From Clostridia bacterium (GTDB lineage: Bacteria; CBDUZB01; JAGLHV01): 64,000 nt of DNA. The stretch lies in assembly GCA_030637025.1 (NCBI GenBank), contig DAOVVV010000009.1, positions 268 to 64,267 on the forward strand, given 5' to 3'. Below are positions 40,394-51,041 of the stretch, piece by piece. Made by a program: the position numbers and the translations under genes. Numbering within the stretch: the stretch's first letter is position 1; the number at the start of each line of letters is the position of its first letter. Under the pieces are notes generated by a model. The model saw nothing but the letters and a program-made list of their open reading frames with translations. It made no database searches and was not told the DNA's origin.

Positions 40394-41799
40394 TGTTTTA
40401 CTCCTCCTCTTTCTCTATTCTTCTCCAATATTTTTTTTACTTCTCCTACCAAATATAAAGACCCTGTTACTAAAATTAAAACATCCTCTTCTATTTTATT
40501 AAATTTATTTCTTTTTTGTTTATTATAATTATAAAATAAAAAAATTTCCCTGAACATCATTTTTATGTCTCTTCCAACCTCTCCCCCTATTATTATTTTT
40601 TCTTCCGGTAAAAATTTAACTGCGTAAGAATAAATTTCCTTCGGCTCAAGAGCTCTTTCAGTAAATGGTTTAGTGATTATAAGTTTATCTACTAAAGGAG
40701 ATAATATTTTTAACATTTTTTTTGTTTCTTTATCCTTTAATACTCCCAACAAAACAAAAAGTTTACTGTAAATCACCCCCTGTCCTCTAAGAGCATCCCG
40801 CAAAGCACAAAAAGCCGACGGATTATGAGCTCCATCCAGTAAAATTTTTATTTTATGATTCTTAAAAAAAGGTACTTCCAACAGTTCCAACCTGCCCGGC
40901 CAAAAACTCTCATACAAACCTTTATAAATTTGCTTTTTATTTATTTGAACATTATAAAAATGTTGCAATATTTCAATACAGGCTAAAGACAAAAGAGCAT
41001 TTTCTATCTGGTGTTTTCCAATAAAGCGTATTTTTATTTTTTTATAATTATTAAAAATACCTTGATAATCAAACTGCTGATAAGTTAATATCCTTTTAAC
41101 CAAACAAATTTTTTCTTTCTTTCTAATTGACCTAAAATCATTATCCCGGCAAAACAATCTTGCTTCTTTCGTTTTACAAATTTTTCTAATCCGTTCAAAA
41201 GAACTTTTATGCTTTGCGCCGGTAATGACCATCCCTTTTTCTTTAATAATTCCTGCTTTTTCTCCGGCAATCTTAGCTAAAGTATCACCAAGATAATCTT
41301 TATGTTCATATTCAATATTAGTAATTATAGAAACCAAAGAACCCGACAAAACATTAGTAGCATCCAACCGGCCGCCCATCCCGACTTCCAGCACTACAAA
41401 ATCTACTTTTTTCCGGTAAAAATAACAAAATGCCGCTATTGTAATAAATTCAAAATAAGTTAATTTTATCGACAGGTGCTTACAGATACTATCAATTTTT
41501 TTAATTAAATTAACAATTTCACTTTTACCAATCCATTTCTCATTTACCCGAATTCTCTCCCTAAAATCAATTAAATGAGGTGAACTGTAAACCCCTACCT
41601 TATATCCGGCTTCTCTCAAAACAGAATAAACAAAAGCAGTAACAGACCCTTTCCCATTAGTGCCGGCAACATGAATGACAGAAAGGGTATTTTGAGGATC
41701 TCCTAATTCCCTTAAAACCTTCCTTACCCGCTCAAGCCCAAATTTTATCTTTTTACTTTTTAAAAGAAATAAATACTCCAGAGTTTCTTTATAAGTCAT
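40381..41799 (-). CDS. folC: Folylpolyglutamate synthase / dihydrofolate synthase
   Basis: HVAGTNGKGS, SPHL, EVGMGGRLDATN, WPGRLE, LDGAHNP motifs. Confidence 0.96.
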   Translation of the reverse strand: MTYKETLEYLFLLKSKKIKFGLERVRKVLRELGDPQNTLSVIHVAGTNGKGSVTAFVYSVLREAGYKVGVYSSPHLIDFRERIRVNEKWIGKSEIVNLIKKIDSICKHLSIKLTYFEFITIAAFCYFYRKKVDFVVLEVGMGGRLDATNVLSGSLVSIITNIEYEHKDYLGDTLAKIAGEKAGIIKEKGMVITGAKHKSSFERIRKICKTKEARLFCRDNDFRSIRKKEKICLVKRILTYQQFDYQGIFNNYKKIKIRFIGKHQIENALLSLACIEILQHFYNVQINKKQIYKGLYESFWPGRLELLEVPFFKNHKIKILLDGAHNPSAFCALRDALRGQGVIYSKLFVLLGVLKDKETKKMLKILSPLVDKLIITKPFTERALEPKEIYSYAVKFLPEEKIIIGGEVGRDIKMMFREIFLFYNYNKQKRNKFNKIEEDVLILVTGSLYLVGEVKKILEKNRERGGVKQWLV

Positions 41800-41857
41800 A
41801 TTTTACCGTAAATAAATTATCTTAACCTCAAAATCTTACATCTTTCATGAAAACAAA

Positions 41858-42694
41858 TTAGACCCGGAATTTATCTTTATTTTCGAAAAATTCTAAAAGC
41901 TTAATTATTGTATTTCTCATATCTTTTCTTTCTACTATTAAATCAACTATGCCATGTTCTAAAAGAAATTCTGCACTTTGAAATCCTTCCGGAAGTTTTT
42001 GTTGTATCGTTTGTTCAATCACCCGCGGCCCGGCAAAACCAATCAATGCTTTAGGCTCAGAAATTATAACATCCCCTAACATAGCAAAACTCGCACTTAC
42101 CCCCGCCGTAGTAGGATCGGTCAATACAGAGATGAAAGGCAACTTCTTCTTATTTAATTTTGATAAAGCAGCACTTGTCTTAGCCATTTGCATCAGGGAA
42201 AACATTCCCTCTTGCATCCTTGCCCCTCCGGAAGTAGAAACAATAATCACCACCGTCTTTTTTTCAATTGCTCTTTCTATTGCCCGGGTAATCTTTTCTC
42301 CTACTACTGATCCCATACTTCCACCCATAAATCTAAAATCCATAACCCCTATACTTACATTATGTTTTCCAATCTGTCCTTCACCGGTAAGAATGGCATC
42401 AAAAAGATTTGTTTTTTTTCTTGCATCTTTGAGCCTTTCTACATATTTACGGGTATCATGAAAAGAAAGAGGGTCATTGGATTTCATACTAACATCACAT
42501 TCTTTAAAAGAGTCTTTATCCAAAAGAAAACCAATTCTTTCATACGCAGATAATCTAAAATAATATCCGCACTTCGGACAAATTTTAAAATTCTTTTCTA
42601 AATCTTTATTATATATTATCTCTTTACATTTCTTACATTCAGTCCATACCCCTTCAGGAACACTTTTTTTCCCTTTTGGACGTTCTACAGCCAT
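41858..42694 (-). CDS. accD: Acetyl-CoA carboxylase carboxyltransferase beta subunit
   Basis: Zn ribbon CKKC...CPKC; FMGGSMG, SGGARMQEG, GFAGPRVI motifs. Confidence 0.97.
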   Translation of the reverse strand: MAVERPKGKKSVPEGVWTECKKCKEIIYNKDLEKNFKICPKCGYYFRLSAYERIGFLLDKDSFKECDVSMKSNDPLSFHDTRKYVERLKDARKKTNLFDAILTGEGQIGKHNVSIGVMDFRFMGGSMGSVVGEKITRAIERAIEKKTVVIIVSTSGGARMQEGMFSLMQMAKTSAALSKLNKKKLPFISVLTDPTTAGVSASFAMLGDVIISEPKALIGFAGPRVIEQTIQQKLPEGFQSAEFLLEHGIVDLIVERKDMRNTIIKLLEFFENKDKFRV

Positions 42695-42720
42695 TTTTTA
42701 TTCCCCCTTCTTTAAAACTT

Positions 42721-42924
42721 CCCGCCTTATCCGCCTAAGGCGGAGCGAACAAGCAAACTCCCAATTTTTTTTAAAACTCATTTTTTTATCTTTTCTAACC
42801 AATAAAACTGTCTTTTAACCGTCTTTATCTTTTCTCTTCGTTTTTGACTTCGTTGTTGTATTTATCCTTTAACTAATGTAACCAATTTAAACTAATTCAA
42901 CTATCTTTTAACTGTCTTTATCTT
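42721..42924 (+). repeat. Mosaic spacer: micro-hairpin (42721-42754) and nonamer array (42871-42907)
   Basis: cccgcctta-tccgcctaaggcgga-gcgaacaagc; aactaatgt aaccaattt a aactaattc aactatctt. Confidence 0.75.
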
Positions 42925-43728
42925 TTATCTCTTATCCATCTCCCGACGCACTTGACTAACAAAACGCCCTACTTTACTTAATATTTCCTGCGGGTTCTTA
43001 CCTTCTTCTATGATTTCCACTATAGCACTACCAATAATAACCCCGTCACAATATTCAGAAATTTCTCTCGCTTGTTTATCATTAGAAATACCAAATCCGC
43101 ACACTACCGGCATTTTCCCGCTTACTTTTTTAGCTAAAAATAATTCTTCTTTTATTTTTTTATTTATTTTTTCCCTGGTCCCGGTAACACCTGTCCGGGA
43201 AACATAATAAAGAAAACCCTCCGTATCAGCAGCAATTTTTCTCATCCGCTTTAATGAAGTAGTAGGTGTTGCTAAAAATACATTAGCTAAACCGATATCC
43301 GAGGATATTTTTTTCCATTGCTGTGCTTCCTCTAAAATAAGGTCCGGAATTATTACTCCGTCTAATCCTTTTTCTTGACACTCTTTGGAAAATTTTACCA
43401 GCCCAAAGTTGTATATCGGATTGAAATAACTCATTAAAAGCAAAGGTATTTCCGTGTTTTTTCTTGTTTCCTTTATTAAAGATAAAATCTTTTTCAAATT
43501 AACTTTTTTCTTCAATGCCTGATGGGATGATTTCTGAATAACAGGCCCATCTGCCATAGGGTCGGAAAAAGGAACACCTAACTCAATAATATCCGCTCCT
43601 TTACTTTCCATTTCCAGAATTAATTTACCTGTAATTTGCAAAGACGGATGTCCTGCAGTAATAAAAATAATTAATGCTTTCCTTTTTTCCCTTTTTAATT
43701 GCTCAAATTTTTTTTCAATCCGGTTCAT
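42925..43728 (-). CDS. trpA: Tryptophan synthase alpha chain
   Basis: ELGVPFSDPMADGPVIQ, SRTGVTG, GFGIS; start set at MNRIEKKF. Confidence 0.97.
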   Translation of the reverse strand: MNRIEKKFEQLKREKRKALIIFITAGHPSLQITGKLILEMESKGADIIELGVPFSDPMADGPVIQKSSHQALKKKVNLKKILSLIKETRKNTEIPLLLMSYFNPIYNFGLVKFSKECQEKGLDGVIIPDLILEEAQQWKKISSDIGLANVFLATPTTSLKRMRKIAADTEGFLYYVSRTGVTGTREKINKKIKEELFLAKKVSGKMPVVCGFGISNDKQAREISEYCDGVIIGSAIVEIIEEGKNPQEILSKVGRFVSQVRREMDKR

Positions 43729-43762
43729 AAATTTAACCTTTGACAACATTTTACAAAGAAAT

Positions 43763-44935
43763 CTAAAATATTTTAGCAACCTCTTCCATATCTTTATCAC
43801 CCCGGCCTGAAAGGCATATAACTACATTCTTATTCTTTCCCCATTTTTTAGCCATTTTTATTACATAAGCCAGGGCATGAGCAGACTCTAAAGCAGGAAT
43901 AATCCCCTCAATTTGGGAAAGCATACAAAATGCTTTTAACGCTTCCCGGTCATTAATTGCTGTATATTGGGCTCTTTTAGTTTTTTTATAAAAACTATGC
44001 TCAGGTCCTACTCCGGGATAATCCAACCCAGCCGATACCGAATGAGTAGAAGAAATTTGCCCGTCTTCATCCTGAAGAACATAACTTTTAGCCCCGTGCA
44101 AAATCCCTACTTTTCCGGCACACAAAGGCGCAGCATGTCTCCCGCTACTAATACTCTCTCCCGCCGCTTCTACTCCTATAAACTTTACTTTTTCTTTATA
44201 AAAAGGATAAAACATACCCAGAGAATTACTACCGCCGCCAACACAAGCAACTAAATAATCAGGTAATCTGCCTATTGCTTTTACTGCTTGTTTTTTTGTT
44301 TCCCTGCCAATTACCGACTGAAAATCTCTAACTATCATTGGATAGGGATGAGGACCTACTGTTGAACCCAATAAATAATGTGTTGTTTCAACATTAGTGA
44401 CCCAGTCACGAATTGCCTCATTAATAGCATCTTTTAAGGTTTTAGTTCCAGTCTCTACAGAAATCACCTTTGCACCTAACAAATTCATACGAAAAACATT
44501 TAAGCGTTGTCTTTTTATGTCTTCACTGCCCATATAGATTTCACACTTTAAATCAAACAAACTTGCTGCAGTAGCTACTGCTACTCCGTGCTGACCTGCT
44601 CCGGTTTCGGCAATAATTCTCTTCTTTCCCATTTCTTTAGCTAATAAAATTTGCCCCAGAGTATTGTTTATTTTATGGGCACCGGTGTGACAAAGATCCT
44701 CCCTTTTCAAAAATATCCTTGCCCCCTGCAGCTTTTCAGTTAATCTGCCGGCATAATACAAAGGTGTAGGCCTTCCCACATAATGAGTAAGATAATAATT
44801 AAATTCATTCTTAAATTTTTTGCTTTTGATTACCTTATAATAAATTGTTTCTAATTCAGAAAGAGCAAAAAACAAAGTTTCAGGAATAAATTTCCCTCCG
44901 AATTCACCAAAATAACCATTTTTACCCGGTAGCAT
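43763..44935 (-). CDS. trpB: Tryptophan synthase beta chain
   Basis: [40 protein letters not shown] motifs. Confidence 0.98.
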   Translation of the reverse strand: MLPGKNGYFGEFGGKFIPETLFFALSELETIYYKVIKSKKFKNEFNYYLTHYVGRPTPLYYAGRLTEKLQGARIFLKREDLCHTGAHKINNTLGQILLAKEMGKKRIIAETGAGQHGVAVATAASLFDLKCEIYMGSEDIKRQRLNVFRMNLLGAKVISVETGTKTLKDAINEAIRDWVTNVETTHYLLGSTVGPHPYPMIVRDFQSVIGRETKKQAVKAIGRLPDYLVACVGGGSNSLGMFYPFYKEKVKFIGVEAAGESISSGRHAAPLCAGKVGILHGAKSYVLQDEDGQISSTHSVSAGLDYPGVGPEHSFYKKTKRAQYTAINDREALKAFCMLSQIEGIIPALESAHALAYVIKMAKKWGKNKNVVICLSGRGDKDMEEVAKIF

Positions 44936-45037
44936 ATACTCTTTTCCCTCTCTCTGATAAAAAGATATTTAACAAATTATAAACACCCTGTTCGATAAAT
45001 TAAAAGACAAACACATCCTAAATTCATAAAACCGATG

Positions 45038-45682
45038 TTAATTCCGATTAAAATCTGTACTTTTAACAATTTCTATAAACTTTTTCATTTTTTTGTAATC
45101 TTTACGCCCGGGAGAAATTTCTATCCCGCTGGCCACATCCAGAACATCCGGATTTACTTTAATAAGTGCTTCTTTTACATTCTCTAAAGTAAGTCCTCCT
45201 GATAAAAAAAGCGGTTTACCTGTCTCTTTTACTTTTACTGCCCACTCCCAGTTAAAAATCTTCCCTGTTCCCCCATATTGCCCGGAAACAAAAGAATCTA
45301 AAAGATAGTAATCTACTTTAAAATTCAGTAATTCTTCCAAATGAAATTTTTCTTTTATTCTAAAAGCTTTTATTATTTTTAAATCCTGTTTTCTTTGCAT
45401 AAGATTCATACAATATTCAGGGCTTTCGTCCCCATGCAATTGAACTACGGATAAACCACAATTTTTTGTTATTTCTAAAATTATTTCTATCTGTTCGTTA
45501 ACAAAAACACCTACTTTTATCAAAGAAAGCGGTAAACCTTTTGTTATTTCTTTTACCGTCTGAGGTAAAACCCGCCGCAAACTTTTTTTATAAAAATTAA
45601 ATCCTAAAAAATCCGCTCCCAGCTCAGCCGCTGAATGTGCATCTTCGCTGTTGGTAATACCACAAATTTTTACTTTATTCAT
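45038..45682 (-). CDS. trpF: Phosphoribosylanthranilate isomerase
   Basis: KICGIT, VGVFV, QLHGDE, GGTG, SGGL motifs. Confidence 0.97.
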   Translation of the reverse strand: MNKVKICGITNSEDAHSAAELGADFLGFNFYKKSLRRVLPQTVKEITKGLPLSLIKVGVFVNEQIEIILEITKNCGLSVVQLHGDESPEYCMNLMQRKQDLKIIKAFRIKEKFHLEELLNFKVDYYLLDSFVSGQYGGTGKIFNWEWAVKVKETGKPLFLSGGLTLENVKEALIKVNPDVLDVASGIEISPGRKDYKKMKKFIEIVKSTDFNRN

Positions 45683-45684
45683 TT

Positions 45685-46473
45685 CTATAATATTTCCAGT
45701 CCTAATTCCTTCATCTTTTGGGCAGGATTTTTACTTTCCAGAAAACTTTGCCCAATTAATATAGCATTTATCTTTGCCTTTTGCAATAATAAAACATCTT
45801 CTCTATTCTTAATTCCGCTTTCTGAAACAATCACTTTATCATCAGGAATCATTTGCCTTAATTCCAAAGTAGTCTCTATGTTTACTGAAAAATCACGTAA
45901 ATTACGGTTATTTATACCAATAATTTCTGCTCCGCTATTTAATACTTTTTTTATTTCATCGGCCTGATGTACTTCCACCAAACAATCCAATCCCAACTTT
46001 TTCCCCAGGGTTAAAAACTGAATAAGTTCTTCTTCTTTAAGAATACCGGCAATCAAAAGTATCGCATCAGCACCATAATATCTTGCCTGATAAAATTGAT
46101 ACTCATCAACAACAAAATCTTTACACAACAAAGGAAGAGATGAACATTTCCTTACCTCTTCAAGATAATTAATCTTTCCCTCAAAATACTTTTCCTCAGT
46201 TAAAACAGAAATAGCCGCTGCTCCGTTTTCTTCATAAATAACTGCTAATTTAGACGGATTAAAATCCATACAAATATGTCCGGCTGATGGAGAAGACTTT
46301 TTAATTTCAGCAATTAAATTAAGCTTTCCCTCCTTAGAAATAGCATCCTTGAAATTACGAATTGGGGATAAAGATAAAAGAGAATTTTTTAATTTATCAA
46401 TAGATATAAGTGCTTTTCTTTTTTTTAACTCAATTTTCTTGTTTTCTACAATCTCCTGCAATATATTCTGCAT
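45685..46473 (-). CDS. trpC: Indole-3-glycerol phosphate synthase
   Basis: IAEIKKSSPSAG, ISVLTE, GINNRNL, VSESGI; start set at MQNILQEI. Confidence 0.97.
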   Translation of the reverse strand: MQNILQEIVENKKIELKKRKALISIDKLKNSLLSLSPIRNFKDAISKEGKLNLIAEIKKSSPSAGHICMDFNPSKLAVIYEENGAAAISVLTEEKYFEGKINYLEEVRKCSSLPLLCKDFVVDEYQFYQARYYGADAILLIAGILKEEELIQFLTLGKKLGLDCLVEVHQADEIKKVLNSGAEIIGINNRNLRDFSVNIETTLELRQMIPDDKVIVSESGIKNREDVLLLQKAKINAILIGQSFLESKNPAQKMKELGLEIL

Positions 46474-46529
46474 AAAATATACCCTCAAATTCCCAATTTC
46501 CCGACTTAAAGATTGGCGAACAAGCAATC

Positions 46530-46563
46530 AAATCCAAAATCCAAAATTCAAAATACTAAATTT
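46530..46563 (+). repeat. Heptamer array AAAT(C/T/A)C(A/T)
   Basis: aaatcca aaatcca aaattca aaatact. Confidence 0.75.
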
Positions 46564-46577
46564 AAAACAAAAAAAAT

Positions 46578-47057
46578 AAAGGTAAAATATGTTTTGAACG
46601 ACTTAGCAAATTTTAGCAAAAATTAGCGTTAAAAAAATAAGCTTGTCTGAGCAAAGCGAGTTGCTTATTTTTAGCTTGTTTTTGCGTGCCCGAAGGGTAA
46701 AATTACGCGTCCAGAGAAAAACATATTTTGCCTTTGTTCTCCCCCCTTAATTCTTTAGAATAAAGGTAAAATGTGTTTTGAACGACTTAGCAAATTTTAG
46801 CAAAAATTAGCGTTAAAAAAATAAACTTGTCTGAGCAAAGCGAGTTGCTTATTTTTAGCTTGTTTTTGCGTGCCCGAAGGATAAAATTATGCGTCCAGAG
46901 AAAAACATATTTTGCCTTTGTTCTCCCCCCTTAATTCTTTAGAATAAAGGTAAAATGTGTTTTGAACGACTTAGCAAATTTTAGCAAAAATTAGCGTTAA
47001 AAAAATAAGCTTGTCTGAGCAAAGCGAGTTGCTTATTTTTAGCTTGTTTTTGCCTTT
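46578..47057 (+). repeat. Tandem array of the 158-bp hairpin element (184-bp period): 46578-46735, 46762-46919 and internally deleted 46946-47057
   Basis: Direct comparison; identical 26-bp linkers; the third copy lacks 46 bp between ttttgc microhomologies. Confidence 0.95.
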
Positions 47058-47170
47058 GTTCTCCCCCCCTGCCCCCTGAATACTTTAATTCGCCATTTGC
47101 AGTCTTCTTATGAACTACAAATTATTCTTTGTCTTTTGTTTTTAATTTAGTATTTGTTTTTTTCTATGAA

Positions 47171-48211
47171 CTATTTATTTGTATATTCTTTCAATAATTC
47201 CAACTTTTTCAAAGCAGCCCCTGAATCTATTGATTTTCTGGCTAAAATTAAAGATTCATTAATAAATCTTATCTTTTCAGCAACATTATCAGACTTTTTT
47301 TGCCCTCCTACGGTAATCGCAGCTGCTGCATTTAAAAGGACGATATCCAAAGCAGGCCCTGTTTTACCTTTCAAAACATCCAAAAGAATCTGAGCATTTT
47401 CCTGAATACTTCCTCCTTGTATATCAGAAAGTTTAACCCGGGGTAAACCAAAATCTTCCGGTTGAATATAAAAAGTAGTAACCTGTCCATCTTTTAACTC
47501 GGAAATCATTGTATCCCCGGTAGTAGTAATCTCATCCAACCCATCCACTCCATATACGACAAAAGCCTGCTTTACCCCCAGTTTTCCTAAAACCTTTGCC
47601 ATTGGTTCAGTCAAAGAAGAAGAATAAACCCCTAAAACCTGTGCTTGAGCATTTGCCGGATTAGTCAAAGGACCTAAAATATTAAAAACAGTTCTGATTC
47701 CTATTTCTCTTCGTGGTCCGATAGCATATTTCATTGATCCATGAAAAATAGGAGCAAAAAAGAAACCCAACCCTATTTCATTGACACATTTTTCCACTAT
47801 TTGGGGAGAAGCATCTACTTTTACCCCCAAAGATTCTAACACATCCGCACTTCCACAATGGCTGGACACAGACCTATTTCCATGTTTGGCTACAGCTAAT
47901 GATCCTACACCCGCTACAACAAAAGCAGCAGCAGTAGAAATATTAAAAGTGCCTTTTCTGTCTCCGCCTGTACCACAGGTATCTACTATTGTTTTCCCGT
48001 CAATATTTATTTTTTGTGCCTTGGTTCTCATTACTTTAGCACACCCGGTAATTTCCTCTACTGTTTCTCCTTTAACTCTCAAAGCAGTAATAAAGGCAGC
48101 AATCTGTGCCGGGGTAGCTGCCCCTTCCATAATTTCCTTCATTACTTCCTGAATTTCTGTTTCCGAAAGATTTTTTTGTTCAACCAGATTAGCAATAGCT
48201 TCCTTAATCAT
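47171..48211 (-). CDS. trpD: Anthranilate phosphoribosyltransferase
   Basis: [32 protein letters not shown] motifs. Confidence 0.98.
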   Translation of the reverse strand: MIKEAIANLVEQKNLSETEIQEVMKEIMEGAATPAQIAAFITALRVKGETVEEITGCAKVMRTKAQKINIDGKTIVDTCGTGGDRKGTFNISTAAAFVVAGVGSLAVAKHGNRSVSSHCGSADVLESLGVKVDASPQIVEKCVNEIGLGFFFAPIFHGSMKYAIGPRREIGIRTVFNILGPLTNPANAQAQVLGVYSSSLTEPMAKVLGKLGVKQAFVVYGVDGLDEITTTGDTMISELKDGQVTTFYIQPEDFGLPRVKLSDIQGGSIQENAQILLDVLKGKTGPALDIVLLNAAAAITVGGQKKSDNVAEKIRFINESLILARKSIDSGAALKKLELLKEYTNK

Positions 48212-48276
48212 CTTTCCTGCTCCTTTCTAAAAGTAAATATTTTTCTCAATAAAACATGCTACCAAATCAAATCTGT

Positions 48277-48846
48277 CTAATTTTTTATGTCTAAAAAATT
48301 TTTCAATATCTTTTTACCAACTTCCGTTAGTATCGATTCCGGATGGAACTGTACTCCATAAACCTTATATTTTTTATGCCGGATACCCATAATTTCATCA
48401 TCTTTTGTCCAGGCAGTAATTTCAAGACAGGCAGGCAGCTTTTTTTTCTCTATAATCAAAGAATGATAGCGGGCAGCAGTGAAAGGATTTTCTATCCCCT
48501 TAAAAACATCCCGCCCATTATGAAAAACAGAAGAGGTCTTTCCATGCATAATTTTTGTTGCTCCCTTTATTTCCCCCCCAAATACATAACCGATACATTG
48601 ATGTCCTAAACAAACACCCAGAATAGGAATTTTATGGCTAAACTCTTTAATCAATTCACAGCTTATACCTGCTTCTTGAGGACGGCCGGGACCCGGGGAA
48701 ATAATAATCCGGGTTGGTTTCAATTCTTTAATTCTGCCGATAGAAATTTTATCGTTACGATAAACAATGATTTCTTTTTCTATCTCGCCGATATACTGAA
48801 CAAGATTATAAACAAAAGAATCATAATTATCAATCATCAAAATCAT
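48277..48846 (-). CDS. trpG: Anthranilate synthase component II (glutamine amidotransferase)
   Basis: IDNYDSF, SPGPG, GVCLGHQ, QFHPES motifs. Confidence 0.96.
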   Translation of the reverse strand: MILMIDNYDSFVYNLVQYIGEIEKEIIVYRNDKISIGRIKELKPTRIIISPGPGRPQEAGISCELIKEFSHKIPILGVCLGHQCIGYVFGGEIKGATKIMHGKTSSVFHNGRDVFKGIENPFTAARYHSLIIEKKKLPACLEITAWTKDDEIMGIRHKKYKVYGVQFHPESILTEVGKKILKNFLDIKN

Positions 48847-48875
48847 TTTTATTCCTTCCTCATCCCGCTTTCTTT

Positions 48876-50396
48876 TTATTCAAAACCTTCTTCTGCCATT
48901 TGAACAGCTTTAATCATTGCTTTTGCTTTATTTAAAGTTTCTTTATACTCTTTTTGCGGTAAAGAATCATAAACGATACCTGCACCTGCCTGAATATAGG
49001 CAACCCTATCTTTAATCAATATAGTACGAATAGTAATAGCCATATCCATATTCCCCTGAAAGCTAAAATACCCCACCGCTCCGGCATATGTTCCCCTTCT
49101 TACATTTTCTAATTGGTCAATAATTTCCATAGCCCTGATTTTGGGAGCACCGGAAACCGTCCCGGCAGGAAAACAGGCACAAAACAGGTCAAAACTATCT
49201 ACATCCTTTTTTAATCGTCCTTTAATATCTGAAACAATATGCATTACATGGGAATATTTCTCAATAGTCATTAATTCCGTTACATTAACAGTATCATATT
49301 TACAAACCCGACCCAAATCATTCCTTCCTAGATCTACCAGCATTATATGTTCTGCCCGTTCTTTGGGATCAGCAAGTAAACTTTTAATTAATTCCAAATC
49401 CTCCTGTTCATTTACCCCTCTCTTACGGGTTCCGGCAATGGGCCGTAATTCAGCCGTCCGTTCTTCCTTGCGCACAAGAATTTCCGGAGAAGACCCTACT
49501 AAACAATATTTATCCATCTTAAGATAAAACATATAAGGAGATGGATTTATTACCCTTAATGCCCTATAAATATTAAACGAATCAGTATTTATTTTTACCG
49601 ATAACCTTTGAGATAATACCGTTTGAATAATTTCGCCTGCTTTTATATGCTTTTTTGCTTTTTTTACAATATCTTCAAATTCTTTTTTATTAAAATTGGA
49701 CTTTATTTTAAGTTTTATCTTTTTAGATAATTTTTTCTTTTTTAATAACGGAACATTCTTCCTTAATTTTTTAATAATCTCGTCTATCTGTTGACAGGCA
49801 ACTGTATATTTTTTTTGTATACTCTCGCGATTTTTTTTATCCCCCTTAATTAAAAAATCATCCAAATGAACGCAGGAAACAACTTTTATCATATGAGATA
49901 TGTGATCAAAAACAAGAATATTATTGGTGAAAAGAAAAAGACAATCCGGAAGATTGAGGCTATCGGGATTAACATCCGGAATATCCTCTACAAAACGAAC
50001 TAAATCATAACCAACAAATCCCACCGCTCCCCCGTAAAAAAGCGGCAATCCCTTTATTTCAACCGGCTTATATATTTTCATAAGCCTTCTAAGTTCATCT
50101 ATCGGATTTCCCTTTATCTTTTTTTGGTACTTACCTCCCGGAGAATAACACTTAATTTGTTTACCTTTACTTTCAAAAACAAATGAAGGATGGGTAGATA
50201 AAAAAGAATAACGGCCTAAACGTTCTCCGTTTTCTACACTTTCTAACAAATAGCAATATTTTTCTTTGAAATTACCTGAAATTTTGGCTAAGGCGGAAAC
50301 AGGGGTTTCTAAATCAGCTAGAATCTCTTTATAAACAGGGATTAAATTTCCCTTTTTAGATAAACGTTTGAATTCTTTAAAATCGGGATAAAACAT
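48876..50396 (-). CDS. trpE: Anthranilate synthase component I
   Basis: LLES, NPSPYM, PIAGTR, EHIMLVDLGRND, GTVSGAPK motifs. Confidence 0.97.
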   Translation of the reverse strand: MFYPDFKEFKRLSKKGNLIPVYKEILADLETPVSALAKISGNFKEKYCYLLESVENGERLGRYSFLSTHPSFVFESKGKQIKCYSPGGKYQKKIKGNPIDELRRLMKIYKPVEIKGLPLFYGGAVGFVGYDLVRFVEDIPDVNPDSLNLPDCLFLFTNNILVFDHISHMIKVVSCVHLDDFLIKGDKKNRESIQKKYTVACQQIDEIIKKLRKNVPLLKKKKLSKKIKLKIKSNFNKKEFEDIVKKAKKHIKAGEIIQTVLSQRLSVKINTDSFNIYRALRVINPSPYMFYLKMDKYCLVGSSPEILVRKEERTAELRPIAGTRKRGVNEQEDLELIKSLLADPKERAEHIMLVDLGRNDLGRVCKYDTVNVTELMTIEKYSHVMHIVSDIKGRLKKDVDSFDLFCACFPAGTVSGAPKIRAMEIIDQLENVRRGTYAGAVGYFSFQGNMDMAITIRTILIKDRVAYIQAGAGIVYDSLPQKEYKETLNKAKAMIKAVQMAEEGFE

Positions 50397-50457
50397 TGCT
50401 CCTCTTCATTATTACTTATTATTTTATTAAAAAATCATATTTAGCTGGTAATAAATC

Positions 50458-50874
50458 TTATTTTTTATATATTTTTTCCGGTTCAAAAATCTTCTCTCCT
50501 GTAATTTCCAATTCCCCTGCTTCATTAAGTTTGCGATAAAAACAAGAGCGATAACCCATATGACATGCCCCACCTGTTTGTTCAACTTTAATTAAAAGAG
50601 TATCCTTATCACAATCAACGAAAATTTCCTTTACTTTTTGAACATGACCCGAGGTTTCCCCCTTTATCCAGAATTTTTGTCTGGAACGGGACCAAAAACA
50701 AGTTTTTTTCTCTTCGATAGTTTTCCTTAGTGATTCTTTATTCATATACCCAACCATTAACACCTCTTTCGTTTTCTCATCTTGAACTATGGCCGGAATT
50801 AACCCTTTATCATCAAATTTTAACCCGTCAAAAAAACCCATCCCTTTTTCCTCCGTTTTTTTACTATTCATCAC
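50458..50874 (-). CDS. hisI: Phosphoribosyl-AMP cyclohydrolase (monofunctional)
   Basis: [27 protein letters not shown]; no HisE domain. Confidence 0.96.
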   Translation of the reverse strand: MMNSKKTEEKGMGFFDGLKFDDKGLIPAIVQDEKTKEVLMVGYMNKESLRKTIEEKKTCFWSRSRQKFWIKGETSGHVQKVKEIFVDCDKDTLLIKVEQTGGACHMGYRSCFYRKLNEAGELEITGEKIFEPEKIYKK

Positions 50875-50877
50875 TTA

Positions 50878-51040
50878 CAGTCTTTTATCTTTTGACTTTG
50901 TGCCTGTCTTTATCCTTTATTTTTTAACCAATCTAACCAATCTAAACCAATTCAACTGTCTTTTTTTTGTCTGTTATCTGTAATCTATGGACTGTGGACT
51001 GTCGACTATGGACTATTTTTTTTGCTTTTGCCAGGAACTA
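50878..51040 (+). repeat. Mosaic spacer: nonamer array 50926-50962, then heptamer array 50985-51016
   Basis: aaccaatct aaccaatct a aaccaattc aactg; ctatgga ctgtgga ctgtcga ctatgga. Confidence 0.88.
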
Positions 51041-51041
51041 T

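Noticed and set aside
46474-46527. Extended N-termini of trpC (46527), trpA (43800), the GT4 (2914) and UXS (29371)
   Set aside because: The extensions run into repeats, spacer or the upstream gene; family homology begins at downstream ATGs.
46578-47069. CRISPR array
   Set aside because: The repeat is 158 bp and the 26-bp linkers are identical rather than unique spacers; no cas genes in the window.
50397-50457. trp leader peptide or attenuator
   Set aside because: 61-bp AT-rich spacer with no Trp-codon leader ORF and no alternative hairpins.
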